A stretch of DNA of 64,000 bases from Cenococcum geophilum (taxonomy: Eukaryota), in NCBI GenBank assembly GCA_050273025.1, contig CP158635.1:31124001-31188000 (forward strand), written 5' to 3'. Position numbers and translations under genes: made by a program. Below, in pieces: positions 1 through 13,200 of this stretch. Every line of letters begins with the position of its first letter. Position 1 is the first letter of the stretch. Under the pieces are notes generated by a model. That model ran no database searches, was not told the DNA's origin, and saw nothing but the letters and a program-made list of their open reading frames with translations.

Positions 1-413
1 GTAGATATACGTTTAGTTGGGTGACCTAATTAAGGTGTATCTCTAAGGTAGATATTAAGAATTGTGCAGCTTTTGGTCTCGTTAAAGCCGCGTTTCTGTG
101 CTTCTTAGACGACTGATTTAATGCAGGAGACGCTTATTCCAGTAGTAGCTTAAATATCAGCATTTATACTGCCGTAAATCTTTATAGTAAGGGCCTAAGC
201 CCTTATATAGATATTATATGAGTTACCTATTATAAACAGTAGGATTTAATAAGGATTTGATGGATTTTAAAAGCTAATAGAGTATAGTATTAAGGGGAGA
301 GCTGCATAGGCCGCGACCCCGCAGTGCGCGCCAAGAATCGCTTACGCCACACTAAGCCACCAAAGGCTAGCGCATTAAGGGGGGGGGTCAGGAACTTTTG
401 GCCGCTGCCTCCG
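1..413 (-). mobile_element. Tc1/mariner-type DNA transposon, 5' end (runs off the window start); RIP-degraded transposase N-terminus at <1..233
   Basis: Minus-strand de-RIP translation M.GNSYDIHTRAQAL..KIYG...IQATTGISVS.I......A.KRGF......I.D.HLRDAPRSGRPTK resembles a fungal Tc1-like HTH region. Terminus reads TA|CGGAGGCAGCGGCCAAAAGTTCC on the minus strand (TA at 414-415). Confidence 0.7.
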
Positions 414-499
414 TACACGTGACGAACTTTAAAATATTTAAGATCTTACTATTAAAATTATTAACAGACTAATCTTTTTATTAATATCTCTATTAATAC

Positions 500-2481
500 T
501 ACTATACGCGTCTTAGCTATAGCGGAACCTGCTTTAGTTAGGTATAGTAAGTGCTATTTAATACAACCCTATATTAATTTTATTAAAAACGGTTTATCTA
601 CTAAGCTTTTAAAGCTATATTAGGCGTGTTGGTTAAAGGCGCGTTTTCCCTATATATTACTTTTACTTTTACTTACTTTCCTAGGCTTCTAAATATAGTT
701 TAAATAGGCGGAAAGCACAGCTAGGTTCTACTACTAAGACTTGTCCTATAAAGCGCCAGCGAAATGCTTTACCTAAAACCGATACTAAGGACGTCTTCTT
801 ACCTCGCGGCCAAAATAGTTAAGATACCCCTAAAATCGGCGGTAGAAGGGAATTAGGGTAATATAACGGGAGCACCGCATTCTCGATCGGCATTGTAAAG
901 CTTACTTATTAACTCCTCCGCTATATATAACAGATAAAGCTAGAAGGGCTATTTAAGAGAGCCCAAATATGTCCTTGCCGGAACTAGCTCTAATGCCTCC
1001 TCTAGCGCTAATACCTCCTCTAGCACTAATACCTACTCTAGCGCTAATACCTGCCTTAGCACTAGTACTACCTTCCTCGTAATAAGCGACGGCTTTAGCT
1101 ACACTATACCCCGTTTTAGCTGTCAATTGGGAGCGAATTAAGAACTTTAGGAGTATACTATAGGCTAAATGTATAGAGATGTGTAGTTATTATAAGGAGT
1201 AGTAGTTCTAAATGGGCCTAGCTATAAAGGGTAATAATATAGATGTATATCAAGCCTGCATTAAGGACGCCGATAGCCTTAAAGATTTAACCCATTCTTT
1301 CCTATTTGGTAAAAGTAATAGGCTTAATCCGGGGCCTGTTCCTAGCTTCCTACCTATACTTACTGCAGTAAAAGAGCTTCTGATTGCGCGCGTATACGTT
1401 TATCTATAAGTTGTGCGTATACGTAGCTAGTAATATCGCTATATTAGCTATGTTTGCTACTTTAGCTAGAATATACTAAAGACTTAAAGGTAGCTACTAT
1501 GGCTACCTACTGAACTTGATATATTAGTTATAAGGCCTATAATAGTAGAGGGTGGCAAATACCTAAGTTAGTAGTTTACTAAACGGTATACTATAAGGCG
1601 TTTTGCTATAGCACTATAGCTTTACTTTCTAAAGGTTAATTATTCTAATTATTATAATGTTAAAATATATAGCACCCAGCTTACTAGCTTACCCGAAAAT
1701 AGCTTTATATTAGATTAGCTACCTTATATTAATAAGTTAGAGTCAGATTTTAGTAGCCTAACGGCTTACCTTACTGCTCCTATATAGCGTCCTCCTGCTA
1801 TTAATTCTCTGCCTACTAAGCTTGGCAGTAATATACTAGACGGCGAATTTAATAATAATGTATTAGATACTTTAGTTCCTAATCTAGTGCCTAACCTTAA
1901 TAAATTAGAGCTTTTAGGTCGCGAGGTTTAATACTAATAAGACCTATAAGCGGGCCTAGAGGTTTCTACTATATAACAGACACCTCTCTCTAAGCGATTA
2001 GCCAGCTTTATTATGCGCGGCGCCTTTCCTACTCTATTTCCTTATAGTAAAGCCAATTTTAATATACTACGAAGCCGTATAGTTACCCTAGCTGCGTACG
2101 CCAAGTATATATTTAAGTATTAGGACGGTCGGTTTGGCTACCACCCCTTATTTTGCTACTATATATTTAATTAAATTATAAAAAAGCAAGCCCTTAACGC
2201 CACCCGCTTCCTTTACGGCCGATTAAATAAAAATAGTTTATTTTTAAATAAGCTCGGTAATCTTATAAATGGTAGTAGGGGTAACTAGGTTCTAAATAAG
2301 ATTATGCAGCATATATAGAAGCTTAAAGGTACTAGGCCTTACTAGAAGCAGAAGAGAAATAAGCTTATAGCTTATGCTAAAAATATTAGGGGCGGGTCTC
2401 TATTCTTTACACTTAGCGCTATTAATCTACACTTTTATATACCTCTATTTAACAAATATAAGGCTACTAATAAGGCTTAGC
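500..2481 (+). pseudogene. Helitron RepHel N-terminal part (Cys-rich region, DUF6570-like, Helitron_like_N)
   Basis: Motifs LTAVKELLIARV (ORF 1212..1409), GAFPTLFPY.KA.FN, GRFG.HPLF.YY.FN, GTRPY.K.KRN.L.AY and LFFTLSA..LH; many RIP stops. Confidence 0.85.
985..1070 (+). repeat. 18-bp in-frame tandem repeat (~5 copies) in the Helitron ORF
   Basis: Repeated ctctagcgctaatacctc-like units. Confidence 0.75.
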
Positions 2482-2901
2482 TATAACGGAACCTTATAGC
2501 AAGTACTATAATGGGCTCGTTAATAGGCTAGGTGTATAGGTAATGCAAATTAAAGTTAATAACGTAATAATAACTGGTAGAGTAGTTGCCTAATAGATTA
2601 ACTCTAATTATATTCTAAGAATTACTATAAGGAAAGAACTATCTAGGTAGGGACTAAGGGTCCTTAAATATATAATTGTACTCCTATAAAATCCTTCTTA
2701 TATATAATATATATATACTTTATCTACTCTATTACAGATTATATAGATGCTATAGATTATATAGATTACCTTATATAACTTATACTACTATTCCTTATTA
2801 TATAGTTCTACTAGCTCTATTCTAGACCGTACCTAAATTAACTTACTTCTTTTAACTCCTTTCCTAATAGTTATAATATTATACTTAATGCGTCCGTAAC
2901 A
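2482..2901 (-). repeat. 3' LTR of element A
   Basis: T(g)TAAC...GTAACA termini; matches 17285-17708. Confidence 0.92.
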
Positions 2902-5377
2902 CTATCTCCCTTCTTTTTATTTTTATCCTTAAAGATTTAAAATATCTCTAAGTTATTTACTAGAGGTATAATATCTGTTTAATTAATTTGGTTAATATTA
3001 TTACTTATTATACCTAAAGCTTCCTCTTCCTCTTTAACTACTTATTGTGCTCGTACTATTACTACAATATTATCTCTTAGTGAGATTATACCGTCTTTAT
3101 ATTCTTACTATTTAAAAAAGGGGTTGGTTTATATTATATTGGTAAGTTCTTTTTCCCGGTAACCCTTTTTTTACTTAAAGTATACTAAAGCAAATATTTA
3201 TTTATCCTATAACGTTCGCTCTATCTCTAATACTAAATATACGTAACCTATTATTTTTAATAGTCGTTTAGTTCCTTAATTAATCTATCTTAAAGTCTCG
3301 TGTTTAATCTACTACTATATAACTAGATAATAAACTATCTATTACTCTAGCGGAATTATATTGTTCTTATAATACTAAATAAGAGGCTATTAATGCTTAG
3401 TAATAGGCCCTTAAGTCTTATCTAGCGGCGTTTACTTAGTTAATCCGTCTTAAGAAGGTTTATAAAAAGGTCCACTTTAAGGAGTAAAAACTTATAAAAT
3501 AAGGTTTGTAAGAACTTAATAATAAAAAAACGGACTCTCTTTTAACTAAGAAGGAAATAGATCTAAGTAGCTTGGCAACTGCTCTTCTTAGGTCCCCCTT
3601 AGGTAACTTATTTTTTAATAATCCTTTTTTATTAATGCTGCCTAACCTAATCTCTTCTAATACTTCTATACCTTTTTTATAGCGTTCTTTAAGTTCTCTA
3701 ATAGTTTCTAGGTAATCTTATTATAGCTTATCTACTTAACTTTATACTATATTTTATTATTAGTGTTCTTATAGCTAATAAATTTTAAAACTTACTATTT
3801 ATCTTCTTCTTATCCTCTATACTTGTCCACTTTATAAACTAATAATTTAATATTTCTATATACTAGCTCTAGTATTATAATATACTATATAGGGTAGATC
3901 TTTATTTTAGCTAGTAGGTTTAACTTAAATATAACTAGTAAAATCCTTTTCTTAATTTTAAAAGGTCCTAGTTTAATATAGTTTAACTTCTTACTTAGTT
4001 GTTAACTCTTAAAATTTTTATATAGTAGCTATACTTTATCTCCCTCCTTAAGATCTAGTCCCTTAAATCTCTTAGTATTATAGTACCTTTTTATTCTCTT
4101 TTATACTTTTTTTAATAATTCTATAAGGTTTATATAAAGATTTATTAGTATCTTTATTCTTTCTTTAGCTATATTACTCGTTTTCTTTGCTTATTATAGT
4201 AATAACGATATTTTTAGCTTATATCCGCAGTTCGCCTTAAATAGTAATATACCTATCCCTTCTTATAGTATTATATTGTATATAAACTATATAATTAGTA
4301 ATAGTAATACCTAATTATTCTACGTGTAATTAATATAATATCTTAGGTACTATTCTAGTATCTAATTTAATCTTTCTATTTAACCGTCTGTCTATAGATA
4401 ATATATAGTAAAAGTTGCTACTCTAACTCCTTACTTAGCTAAGAATACCTTCTAAAATACTATTATAAATCTTAGATCTCTTTTTAATATAATCTTATTT
4501 AGTGCTCTATATTTTATAAACACTTCCTTAATATAGATTCTAGTAATATCCTCTACTAATATTTCTTCTATATATGCTATAAAGCATCCCTACTTTATAA
4601 GCTTATCTACTATTACTAAGATTATATTATAGTTTTATCTAGTAATAAGGTCTTTTAACTTTAGTAACTTAATAATAAAGTCCTATAATATAACCTCCTA
4701 TAGTCTTTCTAGTATTTTAATAGGTTATAGCCCTCTATACGGCTTATACCTTATTAGTTTATTTTTCTAGTAATTTAGATATTCTCTTATAATTTTTCGC
4801 GCTAGGCCCTAGATTCTATTAATAATATACTCCTTCTAGAGTCTTAACACTAAGCCTATAGCTCTATTATATCCTTAAGTTATTTCCTTATAAAAATCCT
4901 CTATAAAATGCTCTGCTATACTTCTTAGGATATACTTTATCTCTCTATACTTATATAATATTTCTTTTAGCTATACTTTAAAGATCCTTTATACCTAAAA
5001 GCCTTTTAGTAACTTATAAACTTTATCTAGTTCTTCTTAAGTTACTATAATTTTTAGATAATTATACCTAATTAATCCGTCTATATCTTTTTATAGTAAA
5101 GCCCCTAATAACTTCTTATTATTTTACAGTTTAGCCTTTTAACTTAGAGCATTTACTTATATATTATCTATACCCTTAGTATACTAAATCTTAAAATAAT
5201 ATTCTGTAAGCATTTCTGCCTATCTAACCTATCTTTAGTTAAGTTCCTTTATTATTAGAAATCCTATTAAGTTCTTATAATCCGTTTTAACTATAAATAG
5301 TTTTTTTATACCTTATAAGAATGCTCTTTATTTTTTTAGTGCTATAACTATACCTAATAACTCCTTATTATAGATAT

Positions 5378-5583
5378 TGTTACGGCCCTGATGCGTAACT
5401 TGGATAGGGGGCTTAGTCAGGGTTCGGCTAAAGGCTTGGCTCCCCCTTGTATATAGACGTGTCCTCACCGCCATCTTCTTCTTCTCCTTATCTTGATATC
5501 CGGGTCTATAGACATTCCAATTATACAGGCTTGCATACGTTCTAAACGGCGCTCGTGCCTCGATTGACTGAGTCGCTGTGATA
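5378..5583. mobile_element. Solo LTR (206 bp) inserted in the RNase H region of A
   Basis: TGTTAC...GTGA(c)A termini; TSD gatat at 5373-5377 and 5584-5588; more GC-rich than flanks. Confidence 0.85.
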
Positions 5584-6893
5584 GATATTATAGTTTAACT
5601 TTAGCAGTATTATCTTCTAACTATAATATGCTACTAGGTGCTATCTATTTTAATATTTCTATATAAAGTACGCCCTTAGTATAATATTTAATATATTTAT
5701 TTCTATAACCATCTCTAGTCCTAGTTAATAGATTTTAAGAACTAGCTCCTAGGTAAATAACTCCTTAACTTTCTTAAATAATTTTTACTATTTCTCTCCC
5801 TATACCTATAGTTCCTTTTTCTTTATTAGTTATATAAATAGTTTAATATTCTTTAACTATTACGCTATAAACCTTCTATAGTAATTATAAAACCCTAAAA
5901 ATAATCTTAACTATATAACGTTCTTTAGTTCCTACTAATTTACTATAGCTTTAATCTTCTTAGGATCTATACTAAGTTAGCCTAGTTTAATAATAAATCC
6001 TATAAAATCAGTCTTTCTAGTAAAAAACTCGCATTTCTTAATTAATACTAGCATTTGTTCCTCTTATAGTCTCTTTAAAACCCATTTAATATATTCTCCG
6101 TATTCTTCCTTAGTTATTAAGTAGATAATAATAATATTAAGATATACTATAACAAATTCATCTAAGTATTCCCTTAATATATTATTAATACGCTTCTAAA
6201 ACGTTGCTAGTGCGTTTATAAGCCCGAATTATATAACTAATAGTTTATATAGTCCTTCCTTTAACCTAAAGGCTACTTTTTATTTATTGCCTTCCTTAAT
6301 CCTAATCTAATAGTACGCCTATCTTAGATCTATCTTTATAAAGATTTATATATTACCTATCCTATTTTAGATTTCGCTAATTAAGGGTAAAAGATACCTA
6401 TCCTTTCTAGTAATGCTATTTAACTGTCTATAGTTAATATACAGTCTTAGTTTACTATTTTTCTTTAGTATAAATAGTACTAGATAACCCGCTAATAACT
6501 GTAATGGTCTAATATATCCCTTTTATAAGTTCTCCTAGATAAATTCTTTTAATACTCTTCCTTTTTCTTTAGTAAGCTTATAGATTAGAAAGAACCTTAG
6601 ACTTATTTCTAGTTCTAATTCTATTTTATAATCCTATACTATATACTCTAATAGCTTCTCGCTTTTTAGTAACTATAGTTTCTTACTATACTTATAGTAT
6701 CTTTTTCTATTTCTTTATAGGTCGCTTCTACTTAGTATTATATTAACTTAGCTTACTATTACATTTTACGCCGCTAAGTATCTTTAATATTAACCTAACC
6801 TATAATCTAATTAATCCTTAGATTATATTCTTATAACTAAGGCATTTCTAATACTACCTTATTATTCCCTAATAGTAATATATTAAAAGACAT

Positions 6894-7165
6894 TGTTCGT
6901 ACTAACTTAATAGCACGAGTGAGTTAGATCCAGGGGCACGAAATACATATAGTATTGTATGCTCTTTTGGATGATGGTGACTGTCTCTTGTATTGAAGTA
7001 GACTACGTAGTCTATATACTAATGCGTCCTCCCCTTAATTAGTTAGTGCTTTATAAGTGCACTAAACTCGTAAGCGAGTGGTTGGTACACCGAACGCGTA
7101 AACGCGTACCTGGCGTACCGAACGCGTAGGCACGCGGTTGGTATGACAGGTGCTGTAATTATACA
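6894..7165. mobile_element. Solo LTR (272 bp) inserted between protease and RT of A
   Basis: TGT...ACA termini; TSD gacat at 6889-6893 and 7166-7170. Confidence 0.85.
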
Positions 7166-10100
7166 GACATCTTAATTTATCTCCCTTTAATGGTTAGCTA
7201 AATAGGTCCTATTTTAAGATTAATAATATCTTCTCCGTAGGCTATTAGATCTCCTAAAATTATTACTAATAGGTAAGGGTGCTCCTTTTTTCTGTGTAGT
7301 AATCCTATTTTTTTTAACTGCTACTAAAAAGATATGGTTTCTTATTACTCCACTATCTATTAATGCTTTAAACTGTTAATCTCGCCACTTAACTTATAAG
7401 TTTAGGTATTATTCTTAAATTCCTTTAAGGGTCTAAGGCTCTACTACTAGTTTCCTCTAGTTCTATAGGCCTCTACTTTTTCTAATTATTAGCTACTTAA
7501 TCCTATTTATACTTAGTCTACTTTTAGCTAATACTTAGTTTGCTTTTTATTTTTAATATACTATAGGTATATATTTTCTAAGTATTTCCACCACTATTAT
7601 TTATCTAGGCATTCTTTTATAAGGAATCTTCCTAGCTAAAGTATTAAATTCCTTTAGCTTTATACTTCTACTAGGTGCTAACTATATATATACTTAATAT
7701 TTTTATATTTTACCTTATCTAATACCTAATATATCCTTACTAGGTATTTCCGGTTTTTATCTTTAGGTGCTCTATATATATTATATATATCGTCTATATA
7801 TATAATCTATACTAACGTATAATATACTTAGTATTTTAGGTTAACTCTTAGTTTATCTTTATCCTTAAGTTTAAACCTTTCTCGTGTTAATCTAAGCGTT
7901 ATATCTTTATTTGTAGGTACTAAGATTTGCCTCTTACTTTGCTAGTCCTCTAATTACTCCTTTAAATCTTTTAATGTTATAATTAAGGCTCCTTTAATGT
8001 AACTTATAGCTTTTTAGTAATTAGGTAGTCTTAGACAACTTTTTTTATTTAACTATATATAGAAATCTTCCTACTTATCGTTATATCGCTATCTATACCA
8101 CTATTAATATAACCCCTTAAGTGTATATAGCTTATTCGTAAGGAAGTATCTTCTTATTACTGCGTTATAATAGCCTTTAGTGTGTTATTCTTTAAACCTA
8201 GTTAAAATCCCTAAATCCTCTTTCTATTCTAGTTTAATAAGCTACTTAGCTCTTAATATGCCTACTCTAGGCCTATTAGTAATTCTTTATATAGGTGCTC
8301 TGTCCCTTATATAACCTAGTATATTAAATCTTATATTTAGTTTCTAATTTTACTATAAGGTAATTCTTGCTCTAAATTCCTCTATAGTTTCTTTCTCTTC
8401 GCATCTTACGAGTAGATTCTTAAAGTCTTCTTACTTCTTAATCTCGTTAATAGTCCTTATTTATATCTTAAAGTCTTAGTTCCATAGGATTCTTAATTTT
8501 AAGCTTACTTTTATTTTAAGCTTTACTCCTGCCTTAGTCTAATTAGGCTTAGGTATTCTTATCTTATCTTAAAAGTCTTAAATCTTACTTATCCCGTTTT
8601 AAGAGTCTTATATCTATAGGAAGCTTTATCATAAGCTTATTTATATATCTTTAAACTAAGCTATTACCCTACTCTATTAGTTTCTATCTGTTATGGGTCC
8701 TTAGGTATACCTTATCTTATCTTAAGATTCTTAGTTATCTCTTATCTCCTCTTAAGAATCTTAAGCCTTTAGCCTTTTACCTTTATTAAGTAATAAATTA
8801 GCACTAGTAGTTATCTACTTACTTAATTTCTATAAAATACTCTTCCTTTTATCTTATAAAGTAATAGATGCCATATTTAATGGTGTTATAATTCCCGTTA
8901 CTAAGCCTTACTCTATAGCGGTCTTAGTCTCTACTTCTAATATAACTTCTTTAAGGTTTACGCGTTTTTAGTAAACTGCCCTTATTACCTTATTATCTGT
9001 AAATGTTTTGCCTATGTTAAACTTATTATCTTTAATGTCCAATTTACGCCATAGTTTATTAGTTCCTCTATATTTTAAGGATTTTAGCTCTTATAGCTAA
9101 TAGCTTACGCTATACTTAGCGTCTTTATAAATTTAGTATACGTTATTATAATAAAACATAAAACTTTTAATTAAACATTCCTTTGTTCCTTGCAGTATAC
9201 TATTATCCCTCTATACGTATATGTCTTCTATTAGTCTAGTTCCCTTTATTATATAGTAACTTTAACTATCTTTGCAATCCCTTATAAAGTAATCTTATTT
9301 TCCGCAATTTATATAAGCTCCGTTTTTAAACCACTAACTTTGCTATAAAGTCCGCCTAAACGTCTTCTACTATTAAGATCCCTAGTTTAGCCTCTACTCC
9401 TTAGTTCTATAATTACTAAATCCTTAACCTTTAGGTTTTTATAGTTTCTTACTCTATCTCTTATAGGCTTCTTTAGTATTACTTAGGTCTATTAGCTTTA
9501 CGCTATACTATAGTTTTTAATTTGGCTTTAGTTATTACGTACTCTGCGCCTTATATAACTATAGAACTCTATCTTAACCCTTCTTAGCCTATTCCCTTTA
9601 GTAGATCCAATTATTAATCTTAATTACTTAATTTATTAGGTCCCTTAGGGTATCCGTATCTTTTATTAGAATAATTATATCCTAGACTTTAGCCTTAGGT
9701 CCTTACTTATACTATACTATAAGCGCCTTATTATTCTACTTAACTTATATAGCTAATATCTAGAACTACGTTATATACTTAATTGCTAAGGTTTATTATA
9801 TAATATTCTAAAGTTTCCTTTCCGCTATAGTTGCTACCTCTAGGTCTCTAAACATTTATATAAGTCACTCTATAAACCCTTTTTAGCTTAAGAATATAAA
9901 CTATACCTCCTAATTGGTAGTTGTTATTATATTTACTTATATCTCCGTAAGGTAAGGCTTAAACTACTTAAGTGCCCTTTTTAATAGGAATAGTCCCGCA
10001 TATGCTATTTAATCCATAGGTATTAGCAGCTTCACTCCTTCTTATATAACTTTAAAGTGTATTTACATTAGGAATCCTTTAAGCTTTAATCTTTCTCCTA

Positions 10101-10223
10101 AGTATCTTTTAATTAATAGTAGCTTAATCTTTACTGCTCCTATTTTATTAATTCTATTTTCTAGCGTTATATTATTTTCTATTAACTAGTTAACTATTTT
10201 TTATAATAATTTAACTGTTATAG

Positions 10224-13200
10224 TGTTACGGCACTGACCTGACGCATACTGTTTTATACTGTCTCGTACTGTTTCCTACTATTGGCTGGCCTACCACTAG
10301 CGACTTGGCGGCCGGCCCTACTATTTATATATAATACCCCCTTTCCACCTTCTTCCCCTCTTTATACTATAACGTAGTTATTTAGTTTACTTTATTGCAG
10401 CACTATAACAGTTTATGGTATCTTTAATTTGCGCCCTATCGCGATCACTGATTCCCTATACCCTAGCTAATTAACCTCCGCCCTAGAGCAATCGCGACCT
10501 ATATATACCCCTGCTAAAACCAATATATCCCCAGCATAGTCCTAGAACGATCCTTAGTTTTTACCTAGTGCCTAAATAGGCGACACTAATGACGCCGAAA
10601 TGGCCGAAACCTAGAACCTCCGTGACGTTTTTGTAGACCTCTTTATAGAGATATATCCTAATATCGCGTGGATAATCCGCCGCTCCCTATTGTACCCTAA
10701 GACCTTTAAGCCTACTAAAGCTTACCTTACCCTTATTAACTATACTAACGAGTTCCTTAGCAATATTAAAGTAGGACTATAGTGTATATATAATATAAAC
10801 ACCGCTAATAAGAAAGCTAATAAAAACCTTAGTGCCCTTATCGCTTCCTAGATAGGAACTATTAACTCTTAGGTAAAGACTATTACCGTTCTAAAATAAT
10901 TAACCCCTATAATAATGGTAGTAACCTAGCAGAAAAAACAGAGATCTAAAGACCCGCTAATATTTAGTGGAAAAGGCACCCTATTAGAACGATAAGCTAA
11001 TTTTAAGACCTAGCATATTAAGATTAAGGGAGTCTTTAACTGGAACTGGGACTACTTTAATATAGTTTAGTCCCAGATCCTTTATATCTTAGATATACTA
11101 GAGGATAAGGCCTATAAGTTTATTAAGTAGGGCCTAGAGCTTATATATAAGAACCCAAATAATATATCTACGTGGAAATGGCCTATTAAGGAAGATATGC
11201 TTAAAGACCTTACTGCCTACTATAAGGTCCTTAATATAACCCAGGTCGTAAAAAACAAGCTTAACTATTTCCCCTAGGGCGAGCGTAATTACTAGTCCTA
11301 GAAGGGAAAGCTTAATAAGCTAATAGTCCGCGCTAAGAAGATAGATAAATAGAAGGTAGACCTACTTTAAAAGTTTATCTCTCCGAAGATGGAAGAGCTG
11401 GTACTTAGATTTACCTATAAAATTAATAACAGCGACTATATAGGTTAGAGCAAGTAGATGGATATATTTGCTAAGAACCTCGCGAACTATGCATACTAAG
11501 CTAACCTTAAGAAGAACGCCAACTACCGCCTACCTGCTTAAGCCCCTGCCCCTATGTTAACCTTAACCTTAGTAGTAACTAGAGAACCTATAGATCTTAA
11601 TGAAATCTTAGATATGGAGCGTAAGCGCCGCGTTAATAATAGACTGTGTCTTGCCTATGGCCTACCTAGCTACTAGAAGGATACCTATAACCCCGTTAAG
11701 ATAGTAAACCTAGTCCTAATGCTACCCTATTAAATGACGCGAACTAATAACCGCGGATGTGGCGACTGTGGAGTTTATTATAGATGTGGCGACCGCGGAG
11801 CCTATTATAGCCGCGGCGGATAACCCCCCCCCTTTAACCCTATAGCTTAGTTACTTTAAACTATGCCCTATATAGGAGCCTAACCCGTTAACAACGCCTA
11901 GTATTAGTGACTTCGCGCTAGCGAATACGAATACGGCTATATTGTTAGTAAGGTATTATTTTCCTATACCCTAACTAAAACCGAGACCAATACCGCTAGC
12001 TAGATAGACACTGGACCGCCCTGTTAAGATAGCCCTATACTCTAGTCGTTAAAAGGCAGACCCTTAGATTAAGTCGCGTTTAAGGGTCTAAACTATATAA
12101 GGAGGAAGACGAGAAGATTAGGTCCCTATTACTAGATTAATTAGTCCTTTCTATTAGTAAACTGCCACTTAATCTTAGATTAGTAAATAGTAATAAGAAA
12201 TTAATCCTTATTTAAACCTAACTCTTCTTATTATATAACTTATACCCCTAAGTTTATATTAATACAGTAAGCCTAGTGGACTTTAGTAGTACTATAATGG
12301 CATTTACCAACGTAGAGTCTATTATAAGAAAGTATAATGTTATAATTAAGAAGCTACTGGCACCTAGGCTACTGCGCCTTATAAATAGTATTTTAACTTT
12401 ACTTATTACGGACTACTTTACCGCCCGAATATTAATTGGCCTCTATACTAAAGCTATGCTCTTTTTTATTATTAAACTCTTACCTACTACCCTAATTATC
12501 CTAGGTATGCCCTAGCTTTAGAAGCACGAGCCCCGTCCCAGCTTTAGGAAACTTAAGATCCGCTTTAACTTAGACTACTACTCTAGGCACTACCTCCCGT
12601 AGGGGATAACCGACGTTAGTAGGGACGCCCTATATAGATACTTAGTACTACTAAGCCTAGTGCCTAGGACTATATATAAAGCCCTAATAGTAGAAGACGT
12701 TCCTAATAAAGGGGAGCCTATATAGCTGTAAAGAAACGAGATAGTAAAAGACTGGACTACCCTAGTACTTAAGACCAAAATAATGGGCTAGCTAGCCCTA
12801 CTAAGACTAAGGAAGAAGGTCCGCTTTATGCCGCTACTACTAAGAATCTAACCCTAACCTAGGCACTATTTAAACCCTAGCCGCCTAACCTAATACCTAG
12901 AACTAAGCTATATGCTATATATATATATTATAGCTTATGTTATAGTAAGGACTGGCTATAGAACTACTAAGACCCAGATAATAGAAACCGCGCCACCGTA
13001 ACGCCTAACCTTATACCTATCTCCCGCGCGTACTATATAGGGCTACCGCCTTATTTCCGCCCCCCTAGGCCGACTAAGCTATACTAGCCTAGCTATAGCA
13101 CTGGAGAATTAGACATGCCCTAACCTAGATAATATTAAATGCACTTATGCTATTAATTTTACCCAGTTCTATAAATAAAAAGATGTAAAGGTGATAAAGA

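Noticed and set aside
10411..10425. tRNA-Met primer binding site (tggtatc) in element B
   Set aside because: Offset 5 nt from the LTR and only 7 nt of match; insufficient support.
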